Positions 38,238 to 50,417 of a stretch of DNA of 64,000 bases are shown here, piece by piece. Below the pieces are notes generated by a model, which did no database searches, was not told the origin of the DNA, and saw nothing but the letters and a program-made list of their open reading frames with translations. Made by a program: the position numbers and the translations under genes. The stretch's first letter is position 1. The number at the start of each line of letters is the position of its first letter. The DNA is from Octopus sinensis (Eukaryota), in the NCBI RefSeq assembly GCF_006345805.1, contig NC_043007.1:5270001-5334000 (forward strand). Reading direction: 5' to 3'.

Positions 38238-38650
38238 ACCATCATCATCGTTTAACGTCCATTTTCTATGCTGGCATGGGTTGGACGGTTCGACTGGGGT
38301 TTGGGAAGCCAGTAGGCTGCACCAAGCTCAAATCTGATCTGGCAATGTTTCTACAGCTGGATGCCTTTCCTAATGCCAACCACTCTGAGAGTGTAGTGGG
38401 GGATTTTTACGGGCCACCAGCATGGGAGCCAGTCAATGCGATGCTGGCATCAGCAATGTTCGGATGGTGTTTTTTTATGTTCCACCGGCACAGAAGCCAG
38501 TCGGGGCTGGGGGGGGGGGCTGGTATCTACCACGGTCGGATGGTGATTTTTACATGCCACCAGCATGAGGACCACAACTACACTTTCCATTTGATTGTGA
38601 TTTAATTTCATTTTGATGTTGATGTACTTGACTCAATAGGTCTCCTCAAG
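38238..38650 (-). mobile_element. RTE LINE 3' tail copy
   Basis: Reverse-complement terminal segment and minisatellite units. Confidence 0.8.
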
Positions 38651-38697
38651 TACAGCATGTTGCCCTTTGATCCAAGGGTACTTTTTGAGTTGGCTGG

Positions 38698-38728
<31 letters not shown>

Positions 38729-38832
38729 TGTATGTATGTATGTATGTATGTATGCATACATGTATGCATGTATGTATGTATGTATGTATGTATGTATGTA
38801 TCTATCTATCTATCTATCTATCTAATCTATCT

Positions 38833-38952
38833 ATCCATGAAGACATGGGATGTGGTGGTCGAGCATGACCTTCGAATGTTGGACCTCACAGAGGCAATGA
38901 TGAAAGACCGAGACCTCTGGAGATATGCTGTGACTGCAAAGACCCGACAATA
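38833..38952 (+). mobile_element. RTE ORF2 terminal fragment
   Basis: KTWDVVVEHDLRMLDLTEAMMKDRDLWRYAV. Confidence 0.75.
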
Positions 38953-39107
38953 ATGTGAGTTCATGGCTGTTTCCTGCACCAGTTTCGCACAGCCCCAGCC
39001 CATCCAAACACCAACCATTTTACAGAGTATTTGGAGTGCCTCTCACATGCCACCAGCACAGGTGCCCTTTATTAAGCTGCTGCCGTTGCTGTTGAGCGAA
39101 CGGTCTT

Positions 39108-39450
39108 TGACGAGGTTTCGATTCCCAGACCGGGCGTTCTGTGTGTTTATTGAGCAAAAACACCTAAAGCTCCACGAGGCTCCGGCAGGGGGTGGGGGAC
39201 GACCCCTGTTGTACACTTTCGCTCCAACTTTCTCTCACTCTTTCTTCCTGTTTCTCGTCCCTGACTTTCTACGCAACCGCTGAGATTGGATGCGCATTCA
39301 TCCATCCGTCGATGCTCTCGGTGTCGGGGGTTGACCTGCTTTCTCTTCTGCGGGTCTTACGAATAGCAAAGGACCACTTTTCGGACTTCTCCCATCTCGC
39401 GAGCTCTGAGACGAAGACCGTTCGCTCAACAGCAACAGCATCAAGAACAA
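39108..39450 (+). mobile_element. SINE family C head/core fused to a different 3' tail ending in (CAA)-like repeats
   Basis: 39114-39250 matches 4128-4260; 39265-39430 matches the tail-only copy at 13832-14003. Confidence 0.75.
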
Positions 39451-40139
39451 CATTACAACCCTAGCAGCAAGAAGAACAGTAATACTTCTACCACCTCTGT
39501 CGTTACTAATAGCAACAAGAACGACGCCTCTAATGGACCCACCACCACCACCACACCACCTGACACCTCCACCGCCGCCACCACCACCACCACCACCTGA
39601 CACCTCCACCACCGCCGCCGTCACCACCACCACCACAAAAATGTTAATATATTTTCCATTGCGAAGGAAAGTGGGGGTGGGGGAGGTGAATGTAAATGAA
39701 ACCGAGTTAAGGCTAAGGGGCGACAACTCCGACACTTTTCTGCTCACATTGTTATTATTCATTCTCCGGCTCCTTCCTGCAGATGGCGGCCCTAAGTAAT
39801 TTATCTTTTTTTTTAAAGGTAACACTACGCTAAATAATGTAGTCCCAAGTAGAACGTAATCGTTAAAAAAAGACAGGATGGTCATATCTGGAATATTTGT
39901 TCCTAAATCTGCTGACGGGATGACTTACCTGATATTCAGGTAAGTCATCTGAAGAACTGCAGCCGTCGTTACCTTCGTTTGCCTTTCACAGACTCTTCCC
40001 CAACATATCCTCCTCCTCCTCCTTCTCCCCCTCCCCTCGAATTGTTTTTTTTTTCTATAAAGGGCAATGAGCATGATGCAGCCCCAACAGATAAATACTT
40101 GGGCCTGAACATTTCAAGTTCTTTCTCTTTCAAGAGAAG

Positions 40140-40396
<257 letters not shown>

Positions 40397-41341
40397 CTTT
40401 GAAGTTTGCTTTGAATGTTAACAACAGAAAGAACTCTGTTAAGGTGTGACCCAAAACTTGGAGGTGGAGATGTTTTGCAACTAACACACACACACTTCAG
40501 TTTCTTCCCTCAATCAAACCCACTGACAAGGCTTTGATAGAAGAAGATAGCCCAGCTTTTGTTTTGAGTTCTGACATAGATGCAAGGACCCAGATTTCAG
40601 AAGGGAGCAGTCAATTTATTGATCCCCAGTATCTGACTGGTATTCATTTTCCTGAAACTCCTGAAAGATAAAAAGAAATATTGACCTTAGCAGGAATCCC
40701 AAACATTTAAAGGACTGTTAGCAGATATCACAAAATATTTTCCCTGATTCTCTGCTGCCCTCAAAATATTACGGAATCCTTTCACTCATCGCGTTCTAAT
40801 TTTGATTCTATTTTAACATGAAGCGTTACGTTAGAAGAATTACAAGGAATTCGATACTGAAGGCGGCTGTGTTGTAAGGGAGGCTACTCAGCTCATGCAA
40901 AAGATGCAATTTTTGAAATTACACACACACACAGAGACACACACACACACACAAACACACACGCGCACACACACATACAAACACACACACTAGGCTTTGG
41001 TTGGTCTCAAAATTTCTAGCTTCTTCTTTTCAAGGTTTCTGGCCTGGGGCCTGAATTAGAAATAAAGATTCTCTCAAGTCATCATCATCATCATCGTCAT
41101 CGTCATCGTCGTCGTCGTCATCAATTTAATGCCAACCCCCACCAGTCTTCAAGGAATATTTTCCCAGGGCCTGATATGTTTTCATGGAAGACTAGAAATC
41201 CATAACAATTTATATGACATTCATGCTTGTTTACAACCATCACATGATGTCGAAAGAAGGATACACACACACACACACACCATCCATTCATCCATCCATC
41301 CATCCAAACATCCATTCATGCATACATAAATACATACACAC

Positions 41342-41473
41342 TGTCTAAATACTAATCTTGAGGAATTAGGCTTCTCAAAACCAGAAAGGAGAAAGCTGAT
41401 TCAAAGACTACTGATCCAATCCATCACTGGAACTGTAAAAATCTGTAAAACTTTCCCAAAATTTATCATTTAA
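41342..41473 (+). mobile_element. RLE-type retrotransposon C-terminal remnant (resembles the family at 32470-32790)
   Basis: CLNTNLEELGFSKPERRKLIQRLLIQSITGTVKICKTFPKFII*. Confidence 0.7.
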
Positions 41474-41504
41474 AAATATATGAGCATGTCTAGATATGCA
41501 ACTA

Positions 41505-42034
41505 TAAGCACGAGTTAACTCTGCTGCCTACATTGAGTTCCTGGAAATAATTGTTAATCTCTGGATAGACAGTGTATGCAATGGAAGGCCATATGTGTTT
41601 CAGTAAGACTCTGCACTATCACACATGGCTTTAGTAACACAGGAATGGATGGCTGAAAATGTTCATGATCACACAACCCCTAATATTTGGCCTCCTATCC
41701 CCAGATCTCAATCCATTGGACTATTACATGTGGAGCGTTGTTGAGAGAGAGATCAATGAACGTGCCCATAACACCAAAGATTCTTTGAAAGCTGCCATAG
41801 TCAGAGTAATGTCCAAAATGAACCAGGACCACTTGATTCGAGAGCATGTAGATGATTTAGACCTCATGTTGAAGCAGTTGTTGAAGCTGAAGGTAGCTTT
41901 CTCGAATACCATTATAGAAAATGAAGGTTTGTTTTTATCCTTATAACATTTTTTGATAAATAAAGTTATCTTTTATTATATATCTATGCTTTTATAAACA
42001 TAAATCTGTCCTCAAATATCTTACACATCCTGTA
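41505..42034 (+). mobile_element. DD37D (maT-type) Tc1/mariner transposase 3' remnant
   Basis: YVFQ*DSALSH...WPP(frameshift)SPDLNPLDYYMWS. 37 residues between the two Asp after repairing the frameshift. Ends in a TIR-like ACATCCTGTA. Confidence 0.8.
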
Positions 42035-42073
42035 CACACACACACACACACATATGTGCATTCACACACACAT

Positions 42074-42107
<34 letters not shown>

Positions 42108-42392
42108 CAGGTTTCAGTTTGTTTCCGTCCACCAAATCCACTCACAAAGCTTTGGTTGAACTGGGACAGCATTAGAAGACACCTACCCAAGGTGCCATGC
42201 ATTGGGATTGAACCTGAAACCACTTGACTGATAAACAAACCTCTTAATTATACTGCCAATTAGCAGCCAATCAATGCCTCACAGCTCTGTTGCCGGTGAA
42301 AGCCAACGGTGATGGTCAGGTGCTTTTTACTTTTGGGAAATTGAAATTCTGTGTTTTTTGACCAATGAGATGAGGCAAGACGGATATTGCAC

Positions 42393-42439
<47 letters not shown>

Positions 42440-42720
42440 AGTGTGTGGCTGTTTGTGTGTATGTTGTGTATGTGTTGTATGTGCTTGTGTGTTTGTGTGT
42501 GCGTATGAGTATTAGTAAGTGTGTGATGCATGTGTACACACACACACACTAACACACACACACACACACATAGATTGACAGATTGAGTAACAAATCGATC
42601 AGGTGATTGACCAATCAATCGATAGACGATAGATAAGTGTTTGTGTATCTATCTATCGGTGTATTATAGATATATAAACGGTTTAATGAGCACGTGAGTG
42701 AGAGAGAGAGAGACAGAAAC

Positions 42721-42948
42721 TGAGCTGGCAGAATTGTTAGCACGCTGGGTGAAATGCTTAGCGGTATTTCGTCTGTCGTTACGTTCTGAGTTCAAATTCC
42801 GCCGAGGTCGACTTTGCCTTTCATCCTTTCAGGGTCGATAAATTAAGTACCAGTTACGCACTGGGGTCGATGTAATCGACTTAGTACCTATGTCTGTCTT
42901 TGTTTGTCACCTCTATGTTTAGCCCCTTGTGGGTAATAAAGAAATAAG
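42721..42948 (+). mobile_element. SINE family B
   Basis: Well-preserved copy retaining many CpGs. Confidence 0.85.
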
Positions 42949-43229
42949 AGAGAGGAAGGGAGGGAGGGAGAGAGAGAAAGAGAGAGTGAAGAGACAGACT
43001 GAGCAATGCTAATAAAAAAGAAACATTGCTTCTGTTTGATGGTGATGATGATGATGATGATGATGAGGAGGAGGAGGAGGAGATGGTTGATGATAAGAGA
43101 TTCGTAAATGGCAATAAAAAGATGTTGACAGTGGTTTGATGCTGGTACCGATGACTGCATCTGGTAGTAGCAGTAGTAGTAGTAGTAGCCGTGATACCAC
43201 TAATTGTACCGCCAACGACAAGGACAAAA

Positions 43230-43589
43230 CGGTACTACTAGCGAACAGTGGTCCCGGTGCGCGCATCCACACCAGCTAGTCATGACTAGTCGATCCTTAC
43301 TTTGTGTTTTATTTACTTTGTCTAACAAAAATTATTTACTTTGTGTAAAAAGAATTATTTTGTGTTTTATTTACTTTGCTAGCTCGTCGTTGTAGGATCG
43401 ACTAGTCACGACTAGCTGGCGCGGATGCGCGACTACGCGAGTGCGCGCACCGGGACCACTGTTCGCTAGTAGTACCTAAATTATTTTTATAAACAAACTA
43501 AGGTTACGGTTAAAAAGTCGTAGGATCGACTACTTACGACTAGCTAGCGCGAGTGCGCGCACCAGGACCACTGTTCGCTAGTAGTACCG
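43230..43589. mobile_element. CpG-rich foldback element: one left arm, two right arms
   Basis: 43230-43297 is the reverse complement of 43394-43476 (with a 16-nt insertion) and of 43522-43589. Confidence 0.7.
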
Positions 43590-44734
43590 ACAAGACTAGT
43601 TGTTTTCTAAAAAAAAAACCCTGTTTTTCAAAGTTCCAGAACATTGTTTACTTTGAACCCCAACTTCAGCACCCCCCCCCACCGTTCATATTCGCCAAAA
43701 ACAATTAAAAGGAGGTCAAATGAACATTGGGATTTCTCACCCTAACTGTTAGGTTTATGATAATAATGTTGATCTGACTTGACTGACGAGAGTTAATTTA
43801 CAATGTTTGGTTGTAAGTTTCTGATTTATTTTTGACTGTTTTTTTAATATATATTTATAATATTAGGTTAGTTTTTCTCAGCTGACAGACATTCGCGTCT
43901 AATGAACTTATCATTAGTACAATATTCCATCCCAATGCAGCGGACCCCTTAGCTACTAACGGCAACACACCGTATATATACTACTAGCTGGCTGCTGCAG
44001 AAACTGTTCAGCTTTTTCTCATTTGCATTTTTCTCGCTGTTTACGGCAAAATGCTTCCTATATTAATCGCACAGGCAAAGTTTCTGAAATTAAAAAAGCT
44101 TATCGTATACAAACCATTATTATATTTATATTAATGAAAAGTTTAAGCGTAATTAATTAGAAAAACTTGCTTATTTTGCTGTTTACTCTCATGCAAGTGT
44201 TACAAAGTGATTTGCGGGGAAGCGAAATCAAGGTTGCTTAACTGCTAATCAACCTTTTTGCCGTCCTACTTAATTTTTTTCCTCTTCTCTCTTTTTCTTT
44301 TTTGTTTATCCTTTCTAATTTTTTTTATATATTTATATTAATCAGTTTATTATTTTCAAATGGGTGTATTTTATTAATAAGCATCTGGAATTTGTAAGAT
44401 TTTATTCTATAGAAATTTCCTACAGAGTTTTTAGAGATGTTTAATTTACTATGTAAATTAAATCGCTATTAACTTAATTGCTTGTTAACGCTCGTCTCAC
44501 AACATCAGAGCTTTAGAATAGTCTTGGCAAGGGCACTTAACTCTTGCAGCCAGTGCTTGCTCGACTTCTAAAAGATATTCTCAATTAAGGTACAAACCTA
44601 ATGGGATAAACTTATAAAAGCATTGAGTGTATTGTTAGTTCAGTGCATTAGATCTTACTATAATTATTGCTAACACTATTGCATCACCAAATACTATGCC
44701 TTTGGATTGAATTATAGAATACACCTGGAAAATA

Positions 44735-45595
44735 AAATAATAAAGATAATTATGAAATTATTGTATACAGTGCTCAGGTGCACCACAACTTGTCAAAAGT
44801 GTGTATAAAGCATATGCAGTAATGTACGAATGTCTGGAAAGTGAACAGTGTATGAGTCAGATACATGCTTGCTTGTGTGTATGGAGGGGAGAAAATCAGG
44901 TGTAGTGTTGGCGAATCTCAGGAAGCATGGAAGTTTTGAAGGATGCAGTGTTCCGACAACTAACAACTGATGCCGGCAGTTTGTTCCATGCTTGTGTGTG
45001 TGTGTATGGAGGGGAGAAAATCAGGTGTAGTGTTGGCAAATCTCAGAAAGCATGGAAGTTTTGAAGGATGCAGTGCTCCGACAACTAACAACTGATGCCG
45101 GCAGTTTGTTCCATGCTTGTATGTGTGTGTATGGAGGGGAGAAAATCAGGTGTAGTGTTGGCGAATCTCAGAAAGCATGGAAGTTTTGAAGGATGCAGTG
45201 CTCCGACAACTAACAACTGATACCGGCAGTTTGTTCCATGCTTCAGCAACTCTTAGTATGTAAAAATGTTTCTGAAAGTCATGGAAGGAGCTGTGCTGTT
45301 TTCTGACTTTGTAAACATGTCCACGGGTGTTAGATGGGTGGAGTTTGAAAAGGTGCTCAGAGTTAGTGTTTGTAAGATGGTTAATAATTTTATGGGTGTC
45401 TGCCAAGTCAGCTGCCAGATGTCGGAGTTTCAATGTGTCCATGCCCAGGGAAGTAAGGCATTCAGAATATGGCAAGTGCCTGATGGAGGGTATTCTCTTG
45501 GTTGCACGTCACTGAACGGCTTCCAGACAATTAATATCCTGGGCAATGGACCATAAAACCTGTGTCCAGGCTTCCTGTTAACAGTAGACTGGCAG
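44735..45595 (-). mobile_element. CR1-type LINE 3' end with 125-bp internal triplication
   Basis: QDINCLEAVQ*RATKRIPSIRHLPYSECLTSLGMDTLKLR..AADL...RVAEAWNKLP. Repeat units start at 44881, 45006 and 45131. Confidence 0.9.
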
Positions 45596-45863
45596 TGAGT
45601 GTCTCAGGTGTAAAAATCCAATTCTATATTTTGTTTCCTTTTTTGTTTTTTTATTTATAGCAAGATGTTGTCCATTGAACTGTCTGGGACAGCAGCAGTT
45701 ACTCTGAATAAAAACTGGCTGAGGGCATGATGCTTTGTGCAACCCACATTGAAAGGGAGGGTAAAATGCTGATGATGATGATGTGGAGGAGTATGAAGAT
45801 AAGGGGTTGGAGTGATGTGATAGTAGTGGGCATGATGATGATGATGGAAATATGAAGAAGGCA

Positions 45864-45988
<125 letters not shown>

Positions 45989-46652
45989 ACTGTATCAAAC
46001 AACCAATAGTCATGGAATAATGTAGTGAGAATTCACTCCTGCAACTTAATTTTTTCCTCGGAAAACAATACAAACAAAACACTGATAAAGTTACAAAGAT
46101 TAATCTACAATTAATTAATTAATCCTTTCCATACCAACTCACCTGAGATCATTCCATAGTTCTATGATAGTGATGTCAATTCAACCCTTTCATTGAAATT
46201 TTATGTTAATATATTTTCTTAAATTCTTCCTCATTTAACATCTGTGTTGCATTCTGGTATAGGTTGGACAGTTTGACAGGATCTGATGAGCCAAAGGATT
46301 GCATCAGGCCCCAATGTCAGCTTTGGCATGTCTTCTACAGCTGAATGCCTTTCCTAATGCCAACCACTCTAGAGAGTGTACTGGATGCTTTTTTTTCCAT
46401 GGCACTGGTATGAGTGAGGTTGCCAAGTAACCCACAAGGCAAGATTCCCTCAACTGAGAGATGGAAGTATTGAGTGAGGTGGCTTTGTGCTGGTTGAGGA
46501 GGGGCTAAAGTATGAGAGAGGGGACAGGAACAGGTGTCTTACCGTAAAGGAGGTACATGTTGACCCTGACTGGAAAGGAGATACATGTTGACCCTGACTG
46601 GAAAGAGAGAAAAGAGAGGGTGCTGATGAGATGTCATCATGTTACCTTTCAC

Positions 46653-46823
46653 CAGGGGTGGACTGAGCCGTCGGTCAATCGGGCACTGCCCAAGGGCCCA
46701 GAGCTCTGAGGGGCCCGCACTCTACATGTTAACTCTACTAAAACATACATTTACATATACAATGCTAAGGGGCCTGGTAAACAGTTATGCCCCAGGGCCC
46801 TTAATACTTTCAGTCCACCCCTG
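46653..46823. mobile_element. hAT MITE with perfect 8-bp TSD
   Basis: 14-bp perfect TIR CAGGGGTGGACTGA / TCAGTCCACCCCTG; TSD CCTTTCAC at 46645-46652 and 46824-46831. Confidence 0.92.
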
Positions 46824-47099
46824 CCTTTCACTGCAACAGACTTCTTCCTCTGGATTTCTTGGAATTTTGGCTGAGATTGCTTATTTAGCGGAAGTTGATT
46901 ATTTTCATAATTTGCAATGAAACATTTTCAATAACATTAGCCAACTGATAACAATAACAGGATGATAACTTTAAGTAAATAAAGGGCTTGGGACACATAG
47001 GTTTAAGGATTGCATATGACCCATTATTGATGGCTATTATGGCTGGCAGAAACATTAGAGGCGTCACAATGCTGCCATACGAGTGTCAGAGACATGGGT

Positions 47100-47102
47100 G
47101 TA

Positions 47103-47167
<65 letters not shown>

Positions 47168-47190
47168 GTCTGTCTATCTATCTATCTATC

Positions 47191-47221
<31 letters not shown>

Positions 47222-47228
47222 CTATCCA
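47100..47228. repeat. (TCTA)n microsatellite
   Basis: Direct reading. Confidence 0.96.
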
Positions 47229-48524
47229 TATATATATCTGTTTGCTTGTCTGTGTGTCTGCCTGCACATACATACATACATTCATACATGTGCACATGCA
47301 CACACACACACACTCACACACACACACACACACCACACACTCACACACACACACATTTATGTATGTATATATCCATGCTGTGATGGGAACAGTGAGGCAA
47401 AAACTTAGCTTTGCTAATCGCTAATCCACTAGCTAAAAAAATTAACTCCGCTGATTTATCATATGAATTTAGCTTTGGCTTTTTTTTTTTTTTTGGCTCT
47501 AAAACCTTTAAATACAACCTAGAGAGCTTGGCATTACCATATGTGATTGCAAAGTAAAAGGGGCTGAGACAGCTGCGCATCCCCTCTTAAATCTGCCAGG
47601 TCGATAAAGTCAGTTCCAGTTGGGCACAAGGGTGGTAATGTAATTGACTTGCCCCCACCCATTAAATTTGCTGGCCTTGTGGCCAAAATTTGAAACCACC
47701 ACCACCACCACCACCACCACCACCACCACCACCATCATCATATCAACAGCAATTAATTTGTTTGGACATAATTAACTTCAATGGCATCCTTTATGATAGA
47801 GTTTGTTAGTTTTTCTTCAACTCCACCTGACACACCTTGATTCCAAGATTCTTTGTGTTTTTACAGAAAGACCTGTAAAACACCTGAAGATATATTTCTA
47901 ACAAAACAAAATGTTATCACCTTCATTATAACGCTTCTGTGTAAACAACATTTTCTCTCTTAATGCTCTTTGTATATGAGTGTGTGTGTGTGTGTGAGCA
48001 TATGGGTTAACGTGTACAGATTTCTACGTGGGCCATCTGTTCAACTCAGATTATTCCCACAGCATATTATTGAGCAGTCCACACACACACACACGCGCAC
48101 ATACACACACTCACATCCATACACACACACGCACACACACACACACACACGCGCGCGCACATACACACACTCACATCCATACACACACACGCACACACAC
48201 ACAGTGTAGCTGAACATAAGAGAAACAGTGTATGTCAATGTTCTTGGTTTCGATGTCTCTTAACAGTCATTGAAATAAAAATCAAAAGGAAATTATAGTT
48301 TCTCAATCTGAAAGAAAAGTGTGAACTCCCAGACTGGTTGGAGATATGTTTTGTTGTTACAAGGGCCCCTTGACGCTGCTATCCTGTTCTTTCACATGAT
48401 TCCTAAGTTTCAACCCCTTTTGTTACTTGCAGTAGAAGACCCTAAGAAGTCATACATCATTTTAATATTAGTAAAAATTAGTTGAGTAGAAATGAATAAA
48501 TTGATGGCAGTTTTTACACATATG

Positions 48525-49075
48525 ATTGTGACAAGAACATCAACATCAAAAAATCAATGGAAATTGTAGTTGTGATCCCTGTGCCGGTGGAACGTAAAAA
48601 GCACCATCCGAACGTGGCCAATGCCAGCCTCGCCTGGCACCTCTGCTGGTTGCATGTAAAAACCCCCAACCGATCGTGGCCATTGTCAGCCTTATCTGGC
48701 ACCTGTGCCAGTGGCACGTAAAAACCACCAACCGATTGTGGCCGTTGCCAGCCTCCCCTGGCACCTGTGCCAGTGACACGTAAAAACCACCATCCAAATG
48801 TGGACGATGCCAGCGCCACCTTGACTGGCTCCCATACTGGTGGCATGTAAAAAGCACCAACTGATCATGGTCGTTGTAAGCCTCCCCTGGCACGAAAAAA
48901 CACCCACGACACTCACGGAGTGGTTGGCATTAGGAAGGGCATCCAGCCGTAGAAACACTGCCAAATCAGATTGAAGCCTGGTGCAGCCTCCTGGCTTCCC
49001 AGACCCCAGTTGAACTGTCCGACCCATGCCAGCATGGAAAACGGACGTTAAACGATGATGATGATGGTGATGGTG
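48525..49075 (+). mobile_element. RTE LINE 3' tail copy with the longest minisatellite array in the window
   Basis: GTAAAA anchors at 48594, 48656, 48718, 48780, 48847 (periods 62,62,62,67). Confidence 0.88.
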
Positions 49076-49921
49076 ATTGCTTCATCTGGCCAGATGAAAA
49101 CCATCTAACATTTAGCCTGGTTGTTCCAGCTTACAGTTGTCTTTGTATATGGGGTGTGGAGGGGGATCCGACTTTTCATGCTACGCATCCATTGCTAAAG
49201 GACTTTCTAAAATACAAAATGGATCCAGAAATGAATTGAATATTCTTTTCTTTTCTATTCTAGGCACAAGGCCTGAAATATTTTGGGAAACTGGGGCCAG
49301 TAAATTAGTACTTAATTTATCGACCCTGAAAGGATGAAAGGCAAAATTGATCTCAGCAGAAAGAAATGAATGAATATTGAGACATGTCATTGGATTCTAG
49401 TGACAAAAAACTTCTTATAAATCATTTTCGCCTCTGTTTTGGTTACCTTTATAGGTTCCAGAGAGAGAAATGGTGTAAGGGGATTGATACTATTTTAACT
49501 GCAAGTTTTGCATCAGAATACCTTTCTTCTAGAAGAGCTGTCTTCCCAACAGCTTTATCAAAAATGACGGGAGCCTCCTCCTCTATCCCAGGGGAATCTA
49601 AGTGTAATTAGTTTTGTCCTGGATATGACATTATACTGCGTCTTGTGGTGATGAAGCTCCTGTTTGGAAGTTCTGTAGTTGGGAAGGCGGAGGGCATGGA
49701 ATCACATCTTTACCATTTCTCCCAGGTTCGATTTGACCTGGAATGGTTAGGGTCCCATCTATTAGTGTCCCATTTACATGTATGTATGTATGTAAAACAA
49801 CATTTTATTCAAAACAGCCTTATAACTATGTACTTAGAAGGATATACTGAATAAAGATATATATATATATATATATGTAATTTATACATATATATACATA
49901 TAAATATATGTAAGTTCAGCA

Positions 49922-50375
49922 AAATTTAGATTCAGATGAATATGGTACTTAAGTTAAAGGCACCAGAATTTCATATGGTATTATCCATATAAATCAAATG
50001 GGGTGATTATAATCAAAATAAGCAACAAGGATATCTAAGGTCGTGTAGTACAATCGTTTCATGCTACTTCATTTTATTAAACAATGTAAGTATTACATCA
50101 GTGATAAAAAATCTACAGATGAAGAAGAACACACTACCACCATGTTCTTAATGATGAAATTAACCTTTCTGTCTATATATCTACCCTCTTCGTAATGTTG
50201 GCAAATGAAATAGAGATAAAAATATGCATTGTCCGTTTAATTAAAAAATTATATATGTGGCTGAAGATTGCTCGACATTTTAAAAGTGATGTAATACTTA
50301 CGTTGTTTAATAAAATGAAGTACATGAAACAATTGTACTACACTACCTTGGATATCCTTGTTGCTTATTTGATTG

Positions 50376-50381
<6 letters not shown>
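49922..50381. mobile_element. Penelope-like non-autonomous element with inverted ~93-bp arms, in (TA)n
   Basis: Arms 50008-50100 and 50287-50381 each contain GAAAC-N4-GTA. The 49922-49990 module is the reverse complement of 2162-2221. Confidence 0.6.
50256..50342 (+). ncRNA. Minimal type I hammerhead ribozyme candidate, stem II degenerate
   Basis: UGUGG-CUGAAGA(50261-50267)...GAAA(50326-50329)-C-AAUU-GUA|CUACA. Stem I 5 bp including a G-U pair; palindromic stem III ACAAUUGU. Confidence 0.55.

Positions 50382-50417
<36 letters not shown>

Noticed and set aside
46283-46315. CUGAUGA-GCC...GGC
   Set aside because: No GAAA after the stem; lies in an RTE-tail variant.
48570-48900. Regularly spaced repeats resembling a CRISPR array
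   Set aside because: The intervening sequences are homologous to each other, the array is part of an RTE 3' UTR, and the DNA is eukaryotic with no cas genes.
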